A stretch of 27,048 nt of DNA from Gemmatimonadota bacterium. Its GTDB lineage: Bacteria; Gemmatimonadota; Gemmatimonadetes; Palauibacterales; Palauibacteraceae. The stretch lies in the NCBI GenBank assembly GCA_046758745.1, contig JBHIAV010000039.1, positions 1-27,048 of the forward strand, in the 5' to 3' direction. Position 1 is the first letter of the stretch. Each line of letters starts with the position of its first letter. Shown one piece after another: positions 6,987-15,799 of this stretch. A program made the position numbers and the translations under genes. The notes below the pieces were generated by a model. That model saw only the letters and a program-made list of their open reading frames with translations. It did not search any database and was not told the origin of the DNA.

Positions 6987-8081
6987 ATGCGGACGATCTA
7001 CGACCTGCCGACTCCTGCCCTGCTCCTCGACCTCGACGTGCTGGGGCGGAATCTCCTGCGCATGTCGGAGCGTGCCGACTCGCTCGGCGTGGCGCTCCGC
7101 CCGCACATCAAGAGCCACAAGTGCATCGAGATCGCTCTCGCGCAGAAGTCCATCGGGGCGCGGGGCATCGCGGTCTCCACGCTGTACGAGGCGAGCGTCT
7201 TCGCCGATCACGGCTTCGACGACATCACCTGGGCCTTCCCCCTCATCCTCGGCCGTCTCGACGAGGCGCGGAGGCTCAGCGAGCGCGTGCGGCTCGGCGT
7301 GGTCATCGATTCCCCGGAGGCGGTCGATGCGTTGGAGCGGTCGGGCACCCCGTTCCGGGTGTGGCTCAAGGTCGACTGCGGGTACCACAGGGCCGGGGTG
7401 GATCCCGACTCGTCCCTCGCGCTTACCCTGGCGCGCGCCCTGGACGGCTCTTCGCGCTTCGAGTTCGCGGGGATCCTCACGCACTCCGGCCATGCGTATC
7501 ACGGGCGTTCTCCGGAGCATATCCGGGCGATCGCGGAGGACGAGCGGCGGCTCATGACCGAGTTCGCCCATCGCCTGCGCGAGGAGGGGGTCGAGGTACG
7601 CCACATCAGCGTCGGCTCGACGCCCGCCATGGCCAGGGTCGAGAAGCTGGACGGGGTGACGGAGGTGCGACCGGGAAACTACGCGCTGTGCGACTACACG
7701 CAGGCGGCGCTGGGCTCGTGCGCCGTGTCCGACTGCGCCGCGACGGTGTTGACCAGCGTCGTCTCCACGCACGCCGATTCCGGGAAGTGCGTCGTCGACG
7801 CCGGAGCGCTCGCGCTCTCCAAGGACCCCGGGCCGACCAACGTGACGCGCCAAACCTTCGGAGAAGTGTTCGACGACTACGCCGGGGGGACCCTGCGTCC
7901 GGACGCCAGGCTCGTCTCCCTGAGCCAGGAGCACGGGGTGGTGAGCGCCGCGTTCCCGGTGGGCGAGCGATTGCGAGTCCTGCCCAACCACTCGTGCCTC
8001 GCCGTGGCCTGCTACGACCGCTATCACGTGGTGCGCGGCGAGGATGTGGTGGACAGCTGGATGATCTGGCGTGGCCGCTGA
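6987..8081 (+). CDS. DSD1/D-threonine aldolase family PLP-dependent enzyme (alanine racemase-like barrel)
   Basis: DLPTPALLLD, LRPHIKSHK (PLP lysine), KVDCGYHRAG, THSGHAY, SVGSTP, EVRPGNY, DAGALALSKD, LSQEHG, LPNHSC. Confidence 0.9.
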   Translation: MRTIYDLPTPALLLDLDVLGRNLLRMSERADSLGVALRPHIKSHKCIEIALAQKSIGARGIAVSTLYEASVFADHGFDDITWAFPLILGRLDEARRLSERVRLGVVIDSPEAVDALERSGTPFRVWLKVDCGYHRAGVDPDSSLALTLARALDGSSRFEFAGILTHSGHAYHGRSPEHIRAIAEDERRLMTEFAHRLREEGVEVRHISVGSTPAMARVEKLDGVTEVRPGNYALCDYTQAALGSCAVSDCAATVLTSVVSTHADSGKCVVDAGALALSKDPGPTNVTRQTFGEVFDDYAGGTLRPDARLVSLSQEHGVVSAAFPVGERLRVLPNHSCLAVACYDRYHVVRGEDVVDSWMIWRGR

Positions 8082-8191
8082 GCGCGGGCGCGGCCGCCCC
8101 ACGCCTCCGACCCGGCACGCAGCGTGCAATGCGGTGGGGATCGGCGGGTGGTGCGGTGCCCCGGAGACGGTTCCTCTTTCCGAGAAGGCGA

Positions 8192-8833
8192 ATGAGCCGT
8201 CGCTCTTTCGAGAGCGTCCAATACCTCGCCACCGTGGCGCTTATCACGGTGGCCGTGGCCGGCGTCGCGTGGTGGGTAAGGGACGGCACCCTCGGTTTCT
8301 CGGCGGCTATCCTCGGCCTGTACGTTCTTCACCTTCTGAGCATCCGTTTCATCCTCCACAACCAACAGGAACAACGGGCCACGCTGGATGAGCACTGGGA
8401 GCTTCTCCAGCAGCTCGTTGGGCGCACGGAGCTGGCCGGGGGGCGGGCGGGGACGCCGGTGGCGGGCGCGAGCGACCGACGCCTCGTCGGCATTTCCGGT
8501 GACGCGGAAGCGATAGCGGGGACGGGCCGCCTCTACGCCGGCGAGACGACGCGCGAGGCTCCGGTGCCACGCCATCTCGCGATCGGCACGGTCGCCATCG
8601 TGCGCAGGATGCTCGAGCCGGCGGATGTGGCGCAGATCATCCTCGAGCAGCGGAAGAGGCCCGACCGGCGTTTCGGCGAAACTGCGCTCCTACTCGGACT
8701 GCTCACCGAGTCCCAGCTCGAAGAGCTGCTCGTCGCGCAGCAAGAGGGGTTGTTCACGGACGACGAGATCGAGGAGGCCCGTCGGCGGCTGGAGGAGTTC
8801 CGGCACTCCTGCGCGCCGACGGCGGTCGACTGA
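8192..8833 (+). CDS. Two-TM membrane protein with C-terminal MshEN-like (c-di-GMP-binding) repeats
   Basis: In-frame ATG 8192 within ORF 7121..8833. Two hydrophobic helices, then tandem 24-aa motifs AIGTVAIVRRMLEPADVAQIILEQ and RFGETALLLGLLTESQLEELLVAQ. Confidence 0.72.
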   Translation: MSRRSFESVQYLATVALITVAVAGVAWWVRDGTLGFSAAILGLYVLHLLSIRFILHNQQEQRATLDEHWELLQQLVGRTELAGGRAGTPVAGASDRRLVGISGDAEAIAGTGRLYAGETTREAPVPRHLAIGTVAIVRRMLEPADVAQIILEQRKRPDRRFGETALLLGLLTESQLEELLVAQQEGLFTDDEIEEARRRLEEFRHSCAPTAVD

Positions 8834-8849
8834 GATGACGGACCCCTCG

Positions 8850-10535
8850 TTAGCGGGCGATCTCCCCGAGGCGACGCACCGCGGCTCGGAACGGGAGGAC
8901 GGTCACCAGCGCGCACACGCCCAGCGTGATTGCGAGGGCCGCCGCGACCTCGGCTGCCAGGGGATCCCGCGCCACCCGCCCTGGTAGCCCGCTGACCAGA
9001 TAGCCCCGCAGCGCCCACAGCTGCCCACCCACCACGGCCGCCAGCGTAGCGAGCGCTCCAAGCATGAAGAGCAGGCCGCCCACCGAAGTGGGGATCTGCG
9101 CGGCGTTCTCCATCTCGAACTCCGGGTACGCGGAGCCCCACGCGAGCGCCTGGCCCGTGAACGCAAAGCTCAGCCCCACGACGGACGCGACGGAGAGCAC
9201 CAACATACCGGGCCGGACGCCGAGCAGAACGTCTGTCACAGCCGTGAGGACGAAGGCGAGCAGGGCAAGCGGGACGACGCCGACCCAGAACTTGGAGCGC
9301 AGGATCGTCGCTGCCTCGGTCGGCGACGAGCGCAGCAGCCACAGCGTGCGTCCTTCCAGGCTGATCGCGGGGAACACGAAGCGCGCCGCCACGGCGGCGA
9401 GCACGAAGCCGGTAAGGGCGAGGTTGAGGAAGCCCACCAGGGCGACCAGGTAGCGCCCGATGGCCTCGCTGGACCGGACCGGCAGGACGTGGATGTTGTA
9501 CACGTACACCACGATGAGAACCGCGAGGATGATGAGCTGCGACCACTGCGTCGTGTCGCGGAAGAAGAGCCGCACGTCCTTGAGCATCAGCTCCCGGAGC
9601 TCCATGCGGAGCGGCGCCCCCAGCCTCTCGAGCGCCCGCCACCCGAGGGTCCGAACGAGTCGGTTCTCCGCCCCTTCCTGTGCCCTGGTGAAGCACACCG
9701 GAAAGAGCCGGCCGTGAAGCGCCGCCCCCAACACGACGACGCCGCCCGCCGTGCTCCACAACAGGAGGAGAAAGAAGGGGTCGAGCCCGCCCTGCAGGAA
9801 ACCGGAGAGGGAGTCGGCGGCCCACTGTGAGGGAAGCCAGGGCGACGAAGGGCCGCGCAGGACGGCGAGGAAATCCACCAGGTTACGGAACTCCTCCGGG
9901 CGAACCAGCCGCTCGGGACGGATCACGCGCAGTCCGAGGACCAGAAAGGCCGCCGCCGCGAGCGTGACGAGCCCCAGCAGGTCGCGGGTCCGCCGGGCCG
10001 GGAAGACGCGAACGAGAAGGAGCGTGCTCGCGCTTCCTACCGCGGCGGGAATCACCAGGAACGGGGCGATCGCGATCGCCGCCAAGCCGTAGAACACAGG
10101 GCCGCCGCCGTACACCTGCTCGTACGCCGCCAAGATCGGTGCGAGCATCAGCAGCACCATCCACGACGAGCTCACCACGGTCTCCGTGAGCCTCGCCAGG
10201 TAGACGGCCAGCCAGTCGACGGGCGCCGCGATGATGGCCGGCAGGTCGCGGGAGAGGAAGAAGCTCGAAAGGGCCGCGATCAGATTCGATAGAAGGAGGA
10301 TGCCGAGGAAGACGAGAAAGCCGAGGGCGAGAAGCTTCGACGCCAGGAGCGGTCCCACGTCGGGAACGTGACGCAGGTTTCGCAGGAAACGGAAGATCGC
10401 CAGATAGATGAGGGACCAGGCGGCGGCCCCCACCGCGAGGAGAAGGAGCATGCGCAGCGCACGGCGTTCCCCCGCCGAGCCGCGTCGGAGGACGGAACGC
10501 GCCTTGGGCCCGAGGAGGAGGAGAAGCTTGCCCAC
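8850..10535 (-). CDS. ABC-2-type exporter permease (multi-TM, two internal halves)
   Basis: About 14 hydrophobic segments, LSSFFLSRDLP, KDVRLFFRDTTQWSQ, FVFPAISLEGRTLWLLRSSP. GTG 10535 follows the ATPase stop. Confidence 0.85.
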   Translation of the reverse strand: MGKLLLLLGPKARSVLRRGSAGERRALRMLLLLAVGAAAWSLIYLAIFRFLRNLRHVPDVGPLLASKLLALGFLVFLGILLLSNLIAALSSFFLSRDLPAIIAAPVDWLAVYLARLTETVVSSSWMVLLMLAPILAAYEQVYGGGPVFYGLAAIAIAPFLVIPAAVGSASTLLLVRVFPARRTRDLLGLVTLAAAAFLVLGLRVIRPERLVRPEEFRNLVDFLAVLRGPSSPWLPSQWAADSLSGFLQGGLDPFFLLLLWSTAGGVVVLGAALHGRLFPVCFTRAQEGAENRLVRTLGWRALERLGAPLRMELRELMLKDVRLFFRDTTQWSQLIILAVLIVVYVYNIHVLPVRSSEAIGRYLVALVGFLNLALTGFVLAAVAARFVFPAISLEGRTLWLLRSSPTEAATILRSKFWVGVVPLALLAFVLTAVTDVLLGVRPGMLVLSVASVVGLSFAFTGQALAWGSAYPEFEMENAAQIPTSVGGLLFMLGALATLAAVVGGQLWALRGYLVSGLPGRVARDPLAAEVAAALAITLGVCALVTVLPFRAAVRRLGEIAR

Positions 10536-10536
10536 C

Positions 10537-11295
10537 TCAGCCGCGGAGCACGCGGGCGATCTCCCAGTCTGTCGCTCCACGAGTGATCCTCAGGAACAGC
10601 TCCTCGAGGTCGGCCCCGTCCGCCGCCGCGATCCTGCGCAGGTCCGCGAGCGTTCCGGATGCCACGACCCGACCGCGATCGATCACCGCCATCCGATCGC
10701 ACAGGATCTCGGCCAGCTCCAGCGTGTGGGTGGAGATGAGCGCGGTCCCGCCGCGATCGGCGAACGAGCGCAGAAGGTCTTTGAGCAGCCGCGCCGACCG
10801 CGGGTCGAGCCCCACCATCGGCTCATCTATCACGAGGATCCGCGGCTGGTGGACCAGCGCAGAGGAGATGATCAGCTTCTGCCGCATCCCGTGGCTGTAC
10901 GATTCCACGAGCTGGTCCTTCCACCCGTCGAGCTCCCACAGACGAAGCAGCTCATCGATACGCGACTCGACCTCCGGTCCCGACTGACCGTACAGCCCCG
11001 CCGCGAAGCGGAGCAGCTCGCCGCCCGTCAGCTTGTCATATACGAAAGGGCGGTCGGGCACGAAGCCGATCTGTCTCTTGGCCGCGGTCGGGGAGAGGAT
11101 CACATCGTGTCCCCCGATCAGCACCCGCCCCCCGTCGGGACGCAAGATGCCGGCGATCATCCGGAGGGTGGTCGTCTTGCCGGCCCCGTTCGGCCCGAGC
11201 AGGCCGTAGATCTGGCCCGGACCCACTTCGAGGTCCAGCGAGTCGACCGCGGTGAACGAGCCGTACCGCTTCGTGATGCGCTCGAGCAGAATCAC
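10537..11295 (-). CDS. ABC transporter ATP-binding protein (exporter type)
   Basis: GPNGAGKTT, YSHGMRQK, VIDEPMVGLDP, STH. Confidence 0.95.
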   Translation of the reverse strand: MILLERITKRYGSFTAVDSLDLEVGPGQIYGLLGPNGAGKTTTLRMIAGILRPDGGRVLIGGHDVILSPTAAKRQIGFVPDRPFVYDKLTGGELLRFAAGLYGQSGPEVESRIDELLRLWELDGWKDQLVESYSHGMRQKLIISSALVHQPRILVIDEPMVGLDPRSARLLKDLLRSFADRGGTALISTHTLELAEILCDRMAVIDRGRVVASGTLADLRRIAAADGADLEELFLRITRGATDWEIARVLRG

Positions 11296-12257
11296 CGGCC
11301 GGGAGATCTGTTCGATCCTCGTTCCCCCTCCGCAGGAGCTTCATCCACCGTCCCTCCGCTACGCCGATCCCCCTCTCCCTCCCTCTCTCGCGTCGCTGGA
11401 TCCGGCGCGCGTCCGACGCTCTCAGCGGGAGCCGGCGGCTCTCCGGCTCGATGGAAAAAGGCCAGCTCGAACGCGGTGCGCTCCAATCTCAGAGCACCCG
11501 CCTCGCCGCTGAGAAGGCGTCCGTCCTCGTCGACCCACGTGTCGAGCCGCAGGCCGGCCACCTCCTGCTCCACTCGCCACGCCGAGACGGTGTCCTCCCC
11601 GGCGACGTACCAGCGCCTGGACAGGGAATCGAGGTCCGCGCTGTCCGGGTAGGCACGTGGCGCCCGCTCCACGATATGGAGCCGGATCCGACGCACGCTG
11701 ACCGAGGCCGGATCGAACAGGAGCACCTCGTACCGGTCGCCGGGCTCCGCCACGCCCTGCGCCGCGAGCCGGAGCGGCCACACGTTCGCCAGCGACACAC
11801 CTCCACGGACGGAAAGACGGAGAGATTCGGCGCTACCGTCTCGCTCCACGCTCACGTCGAGGACCGAGTCGCCTTCCACCACCCCTTTGAGGGAGCGGCG
11901 CTCCCGGTCGGTAACCGTCTCATGAGTGAAGGAACGGAGCGCGAGGTCGGGATCCAGCACGGCCTCCGCGCGCACCTCGGTGCGGCCGACCGGCCCGAGA
12001 CCCGGAAGCTGGATGTCCAATCTCTCGCGCACCACGAAGCCGGCCCCGGCGGGCAGGGTATCCATCTCCCTCTGCCCCCAGCCGGCCCGGCTCCGTCCAC
12101 GGAAGAGCGAGTAGTATGCCACTCCCGGGGGGAGGGTGCGTGCCGCCTCGGCGAGACGCTCGGCAGCCGGCCTGTAGTACTCCCGCCTCACGTGCCAGCC
12201 GAGCACGGCGACCCACACGACCACGATGGCGACGCCGATGAGCCTTCGCCCACGCAT
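11292..12257 (-). CDS. Membrane-anchored hypothetical protein resembling the N-terminal beta-rich part of transglutaminase-domain proteins, with no catalytic domain
   Basis: N-terminal TM helix (LIGVAIVVVWVAVLGWHV), beta-rich body ending WVDEDGRLL...LERTAFELAF, low-complexity tail and no Cys. GTGA overlap with the ATPase gene. The family resemblance is from recall only. Confidence 0.6.
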   Translation of the reverse strand: MRGRRLIGVAIVVVWVAVLGWHVRREYYRPAAERLAEAARTLPPGVAYYSLFRGRSRAGWGQREMDTLPAGAGFVVRERLDIQLPGLGPVGRTEVRAEAVLDPDLALRSFTHETVTDRERRSLKGVVEGDSVLDVSVERDGSAESLRLSVRGGVSLANVWPLRLAAQGVAEPGDRYEVLLFDPASVSVRRIRLHIVERAPRAYPDSADLDSLSRRWYVAGEDTVSAWRVEQEVAGLRLDTWVDEDGRLLSGEAGALRLERTAFELAFFHRAGEPPAPAESVGRAPDPATREREGEGDRRSGGTVDEAPAEGERGSNRSPGR

Positions 12258-12312
12258 GCCCTCGCAAATAGCGGATCAGGATGGGCTCCGCAACGCCGCT
12301 CGTGGCGACCGA

Positions 12313-13320
12313 TCACCGGCCGCGGTTCGTCGCGGCGACGGCCTCCCGCAACGCCGGCGGCGTCCGTTCAGCGTCCCCGATGAGATGAGCGACCGAAGGA
12401 AACCCCGCTTCCTCGAGCCGCTCCCTGCCGGCCGGCTCCAGCAAGAAGGCGAGGAGCGCCCGGCCCCCCACCGGATCGGGCGCATTCAAAGGGATCGTGG
12501 CCACGTACAGGATCGGTGTGCCCCGAGCCGCGGCGCCGCTCGGCGTCTCGAATCGGCGCCGGCCGTACAGCCCGGCCAGAGCGGGCGAGCCCTGATGGAC
12601 CTCCGGCGGCAGGCGGATCATTCGGAGGCCGTGCGCGAGGCCTTCGGCGAGATAGAACGCTCCGGCGTCCAGCGCACCCGCCTGGACGCGCGCCGGGAGG
12701 TGTGGCTCCGGGTACACCAGGCCGCTTCCCTCCCACCCCTCCAGGAGGCGGCGGGCCAACCCGCGGATCCCGTATCGCTCCTCCGCCAACTCGAACATCC
12801 ACACGGTACGGTAGCCCTTGGGATCCAGTGCGGGGTCCGTGCGGCCGAAGCGAAAGCCGGGGCGACCGAGCACCTCGTACCACGGGAGAAGACCCGCCGC
12901 CGCGCTATCGAGCCCGGCGGCGAAGCGACTCCGCGGGCCGTAGCCGATCGCCATCTCGCCGCCGGCGAACGCGATCGCCCACCCCGGATCGTACTCACCG
13001 AGCAGCGGCAGCGTGGCGGGGTCCGCGCTGATGTAGAGGTCCGGCCGCCGTACACCCTCCCGAATCTGATGCGCCGCGGCCACCGAGCCGTGCGGCTCTC
13101 CGCGAAGCACGCGTCCCGTGACCGTCTCGAAGGCGGGAGCGATCGCGCTCTCCATCGTAGCCGTCAGCGAGCCGGCGTACAGCACATCGACGGGATCCCC
13201 CGGGGCATCGGCCGCCCGGCAAGCGGCCAGCGACACCAGCAGAGCAAAGAGCGGGAGCGGTGGCGCGTGGCGGCGGGCCATCCCGCCCGCCGGAAACAGC
13301 GGGGAGCGGAGGCGGTTCAC
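12313..13320 (-). CDS. WtpA-like tungstate/molybdate ABC substrate-binding lipoprotein
   Basis: Lipobox LAAC. LYAGSL, GSVAAAHQI, PDLYISAD, WYEVL...FGRTDPALDPKGYR, E...LDAGAFY and PILYVATIP are typical of the WtpA class. Confidence 0.82.
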   Translation of the reverse strand: MNRLRSPLFPAGGMARRHAPPLPLFALLVSLAACRAADAPGDPVDVLYAGSLTATMESAIAPAFETVTGRVLRGEPHGSVAAAHQIREGVRRPDLYISADPATLPLLGEYDPGWAIAFAGGEMAIGYGPRSRFAAGLDSAAAGLLPWYEVLGRPGFRFGRTDPALDPKGYRTVWMFELAEERYGIRGLARRLLEGWEGSGLVYPEPHLPARVQAGALDAGAFYLAEGLAHGLRMIRLPPEVHQGSPALAGLYGRRRFETPSGAAARGTPILYVATIPLNAPDPVGGRALLAFLLEPAGRERLEEAGFPSVAHLIGDAERTPPALREAVAATNRGR

Positions 13321-14012
13321 CGCCTCAGCCGCGCGAGCGCCGCGGCGTGGTCCGCCGGCGTGTCGATGTCCACCGGCGCGTAGAGGTCGAGCCCGACCTC
13401 GCCCACGGACATGTCGGAGAGACCCGGCCCCTCGAGACCACCGGAAGCCGCCCGCAGGCCACCCTCGCCCCGCAGTGCGGTGAGGCGCGAAAAGAGCGAC
13501 CGGTCGAACAGAACCGGGTGACCCGGGCGGTCACGGTAACGTACCCGCACGGCCGGTGGCCCACCCTCCCTCCACACGGCCACCACGGCGCGAATCGCCT
13601 CGAGAGGCACACCGGGCTCGTCGGCCAGCAGAACGGCCGCCGCACCGACCTCGGGCCTTCGTCTGACGGCCGCGATCCCGGCTGCGAGCGAGCTCCCCTG
13701 TCCCTGCGCATACGCCGGGTTCGTCACCACCTCCACCCGTCTTCCCACCAGGGCCTCGCACACCGCCGGCGCTTCGTGCCCCACCACCGTCACGACCGGG
13801 TAGAGTCCCGCCTTCTCCGCGGTCCGCGCCACCGCGCCGATCACGGTGACATCGCCGTACGGGAGGAGTAGCTTGTGCGCGTTTCCCATCCGGGTGGACC
13901 GACCGGCCGCCAGGATCACCGCGGCGACGGAGACGGTGCCCCTCCCGGGATGCGCTGCATCCGAAGCGGCGGCTCTCCCGGCCCTCTCCCCGGCGTCCTT
14001 CTTCCGGTTCAC
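13317..14012 (-). CDS. mocA: Molybdenum cofactor cytidylyltransferase (MocA-like NTP transferase)
   Basis: ILAAGRSTRMG.AHKLLL, NPAYAQGQGSSL, LLADEP, GHPVLF, DIDTPAD. Lies next to xdhC and a xanthine-oxidase-family enzyme. Confidence 0.82.
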   Translation of the reverse strand: MNRKKDAGERAGRAAASDAAHPGRGTVSVAAVILAAGRSTRMGNAHKLLLPYGDVTVIGAVARTAEKAGLYPVVTVVGHEAPAVCEALVGRRVEVVTNPAYAQGQGSSLAAGIAAVRRRPEVGAAAVLLADEPGVPLEAIRAVVAVWREGGPPAVRVRYRDRPGHPVLFDRSLFSRLTALRGEGGLRAASGGLEGPGLSDMSVGEVGLDLYAPVDIDTPADHAAALARLRR

Positions 14013-14021
14013 CTCCCCCGC

Positions 14022-15074
14022 TCACCGCTTTCCGTGGCGGACCGCGAGGATCTCGCCGAGGATGGAGAGCGCGATCTCCTCGGGGGCGCGGGCTCCGATG
14101 TCGAGGCCGACAGGGCCGTGGATACGGTCCACATCGGACTCGCCGAACCCCAGCTCGGCGAGCGCCTCGCGTCGCAGCCGCTGCGTTCGCCCGCCGCCGA
14201 TCTGCCCGACGTACAGGCAGCCGGCTCGGAGCGCGGCGGCGAGCGCCGGAACATCGAGCTTCCGGTCGTGGGCGAGCACCACGACGTTCAGGTATCGATC
14301 GAGCCCTGCCCGCTCGAGCCCCTCCTCCGGCCAGGAGCGGACTACCTCCGTCGCGTCGGGGAATCGGTCGTGGCGGGCAAACGCCTCGCGCGGATCGATG
14401 ACGACGACGGAGAACCCCAGGTAGGTCGCGAGGTGGCAGAGAGCGGCGGCCACCGGTGTCGCCCCGACGATCGCCAGACGCGGAGGCGGGAGGAAGGCCT
14501 CCACGAACAGCTCGACCGCTTCGGCGGGCGACGGCATGGGGAGCTCCAGGATGCGGGTCTCCCCGGTGTCGAACAGGGAGGCGGTCGCCTCGGCGGCCTC
14601 CCTGTCCAGCATCGCGTCGCCGAGCGTTCCGAAGCTCCGGCCGTCGAGACGCACCAGCATCCGCCGCCCCCTGACCCGCTCCGACAGCCCGGTGACCATC
14701 ACGGCCGCCTCACCGGCCTCCACCACGCGGCCGACCTCGAGCCACGCCACGTCGTGCGGGTCGTGCGGCGACACGAGGACGTCGATCTCCCCTCCGCACG
14801 CCAGTCCCACTTCGGCGGCCATCTCGTCCGTGATGCCGTAGTGGAGGAGGCGCGGTGTGCCGTCCGCCAGCACCTGCTGGATGTGCTCGTGCAGGTCGCC
14901 CTCCACGCAGCCGCTCGAGACCGAGCCGGCGAGCTCGCCCCGCTCGCTGGCCGCGAAGCGGGCGCCCGGCGCCCGCGGAGCGGAGCGCCGAACCCGCACC
15001 AGCGTGGCGACGCCGCTCCGCGCCCCGGCGGCGCTCCATTCCTCGAGAGAGTCCCAGATCTCGGCAACGCTCAT
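14022..15074 (-). CDS. xdhC: XdhC/CoxI family molybdenum cofactor chaperone
   Basis: SAPRAPGA, GSVSSGCVE, VGLACGGEIDV, VVIDPREAFA, AHDRKLD, IHGPVGLDIGARAPEEIALSILGEI. Confidence 0.93.
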   Translation of the reverse strand: MSVAEIWDSLEEWSAAGARSGVATLVRVRRSAPRAPGARFAASERGELAGSVSSGCVEGDLHEHIQQVLADGTPRLLHYGITDEMAAEVGLACGGEIDVLVSPHDPHDVAWLEVGRVVEAGEAAVMVTGLSERVRGRRMLVRLDGRSFGTLGDAMLDREAAEATASLFDTGETRILELPMPSPAEAVELFVEAFLPPPRLAIVGATPVAAALCHLATYLGFSVVVIDPREAFARHDRFPDATEVVRSWPEEGLERAGLDRYLNVVVLAHDRKLDVPALAAALRAGCLYVGQIGGGRTQRLRREALAELGFGESDVDRIHGPVGLDIGARAPEEIALSILGEILAVRHGKR

Positions 15075-15170
15075 CGGTGCCCTTCACGCGGTTGGCCGCG
15101 GCTCGCACGCGGCATCCTGGATCGGTCCGTCGACCCGCTCCCGCACCGCGAAGCTTCGGCAGTTCTTCGC

Positions 15171-15199
15171 TTGTACCCCCCAACGACGCCGTTTAGCTT
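15171..15199 (+). promoter_or_regulatory. Sigma70-type promoter of the coxSLM-like operon
   Basis: TTGTAC-N17-TAGCTT. AGGAGG SD precedes ATG 15295. Confidence 0.6.
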
Positions 15200-15294
15200 A
15201 GTTGTCTCTCGAACCGACCGCCAAGACGCGCTCCACCTGCCGGCCGACCGGACCGTGGAGGGCAAGCCCTGCGGGCCCGCCTCAGGAGGAACGA

Positions 15295-15798
15295 ATGAAG
15301 CATGCCGTAACCGTCACGGTGAACGGCCGGTCCTATGAGCGTGAAGTCGAGAGCCGTCTCCTCCTCGTGCAATTCCTTCGAGATCTCCTCGGGCTTACCG
15401 GGACGCACGTGGGGTGCGAGACGAGCCTGTGCGGGGCGTGCACGGTTCACCTGAACGGGCACGCGGTGAAGTCCTGCACCATGCTCGCCGTGCAGGCGGA
15501 CCGGGCGGAGATCACCACCATCGAGGGGCTCGCCGCGACGTGGAAGGGGAAAGGCGATGCGGAAGGCGGTGACGGGGCGCTCCACCCGCTGCAGAGGGCC
15601 TTCTGGGAGGATCACGGGCTGCAGTGCGGATTCTGCACCCCCGGGATGATCATGGCCGCGGCGGAGCTCCTCGCCCGGAACCCGGATCCGAGCGAGGCCG
15701 AGATCCGCGACGGTCTGGAAGGCAACCTCTGCCGATGCACCGGCTATCACAACATCGTCAGGGCGGTGCGGCGTGCGGGCGCCGAGATGGGGGGGTGA
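15295..15798 (+). CDS. coxS: 2Fe-2S small subunit of xanthine-oxidase-family hydroxylase (CoxS/CutS-like)
   Basis: [12 protein letters not shown]...[28 protein letters not shown]. Confidence 0.93.
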   Translation: MKHAVTVTVNGRSYEREVESRLLLVQFLRDLLGLTGTHVGCETSLCGACTVHLNGHAVKSCTMLAVQADRAEITTIEGLAATWKGKGDAEGGDGALHPLQRAFWEDHGLQCGFCTPGMIMAAAELLARNPDPSEAEIRDGLEGNLCRCTGYHNIVRAVRRAGAEMGG

Positions 15799-15799
15799 G

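Noticed and set aside
7121-8191. 570-aa ORF 7121..8833 as a single protein
   Set aside because: The N-terminal part is an off-frame shadow of the DSD1-type gene. Only 8192..8833 looks like real protein.
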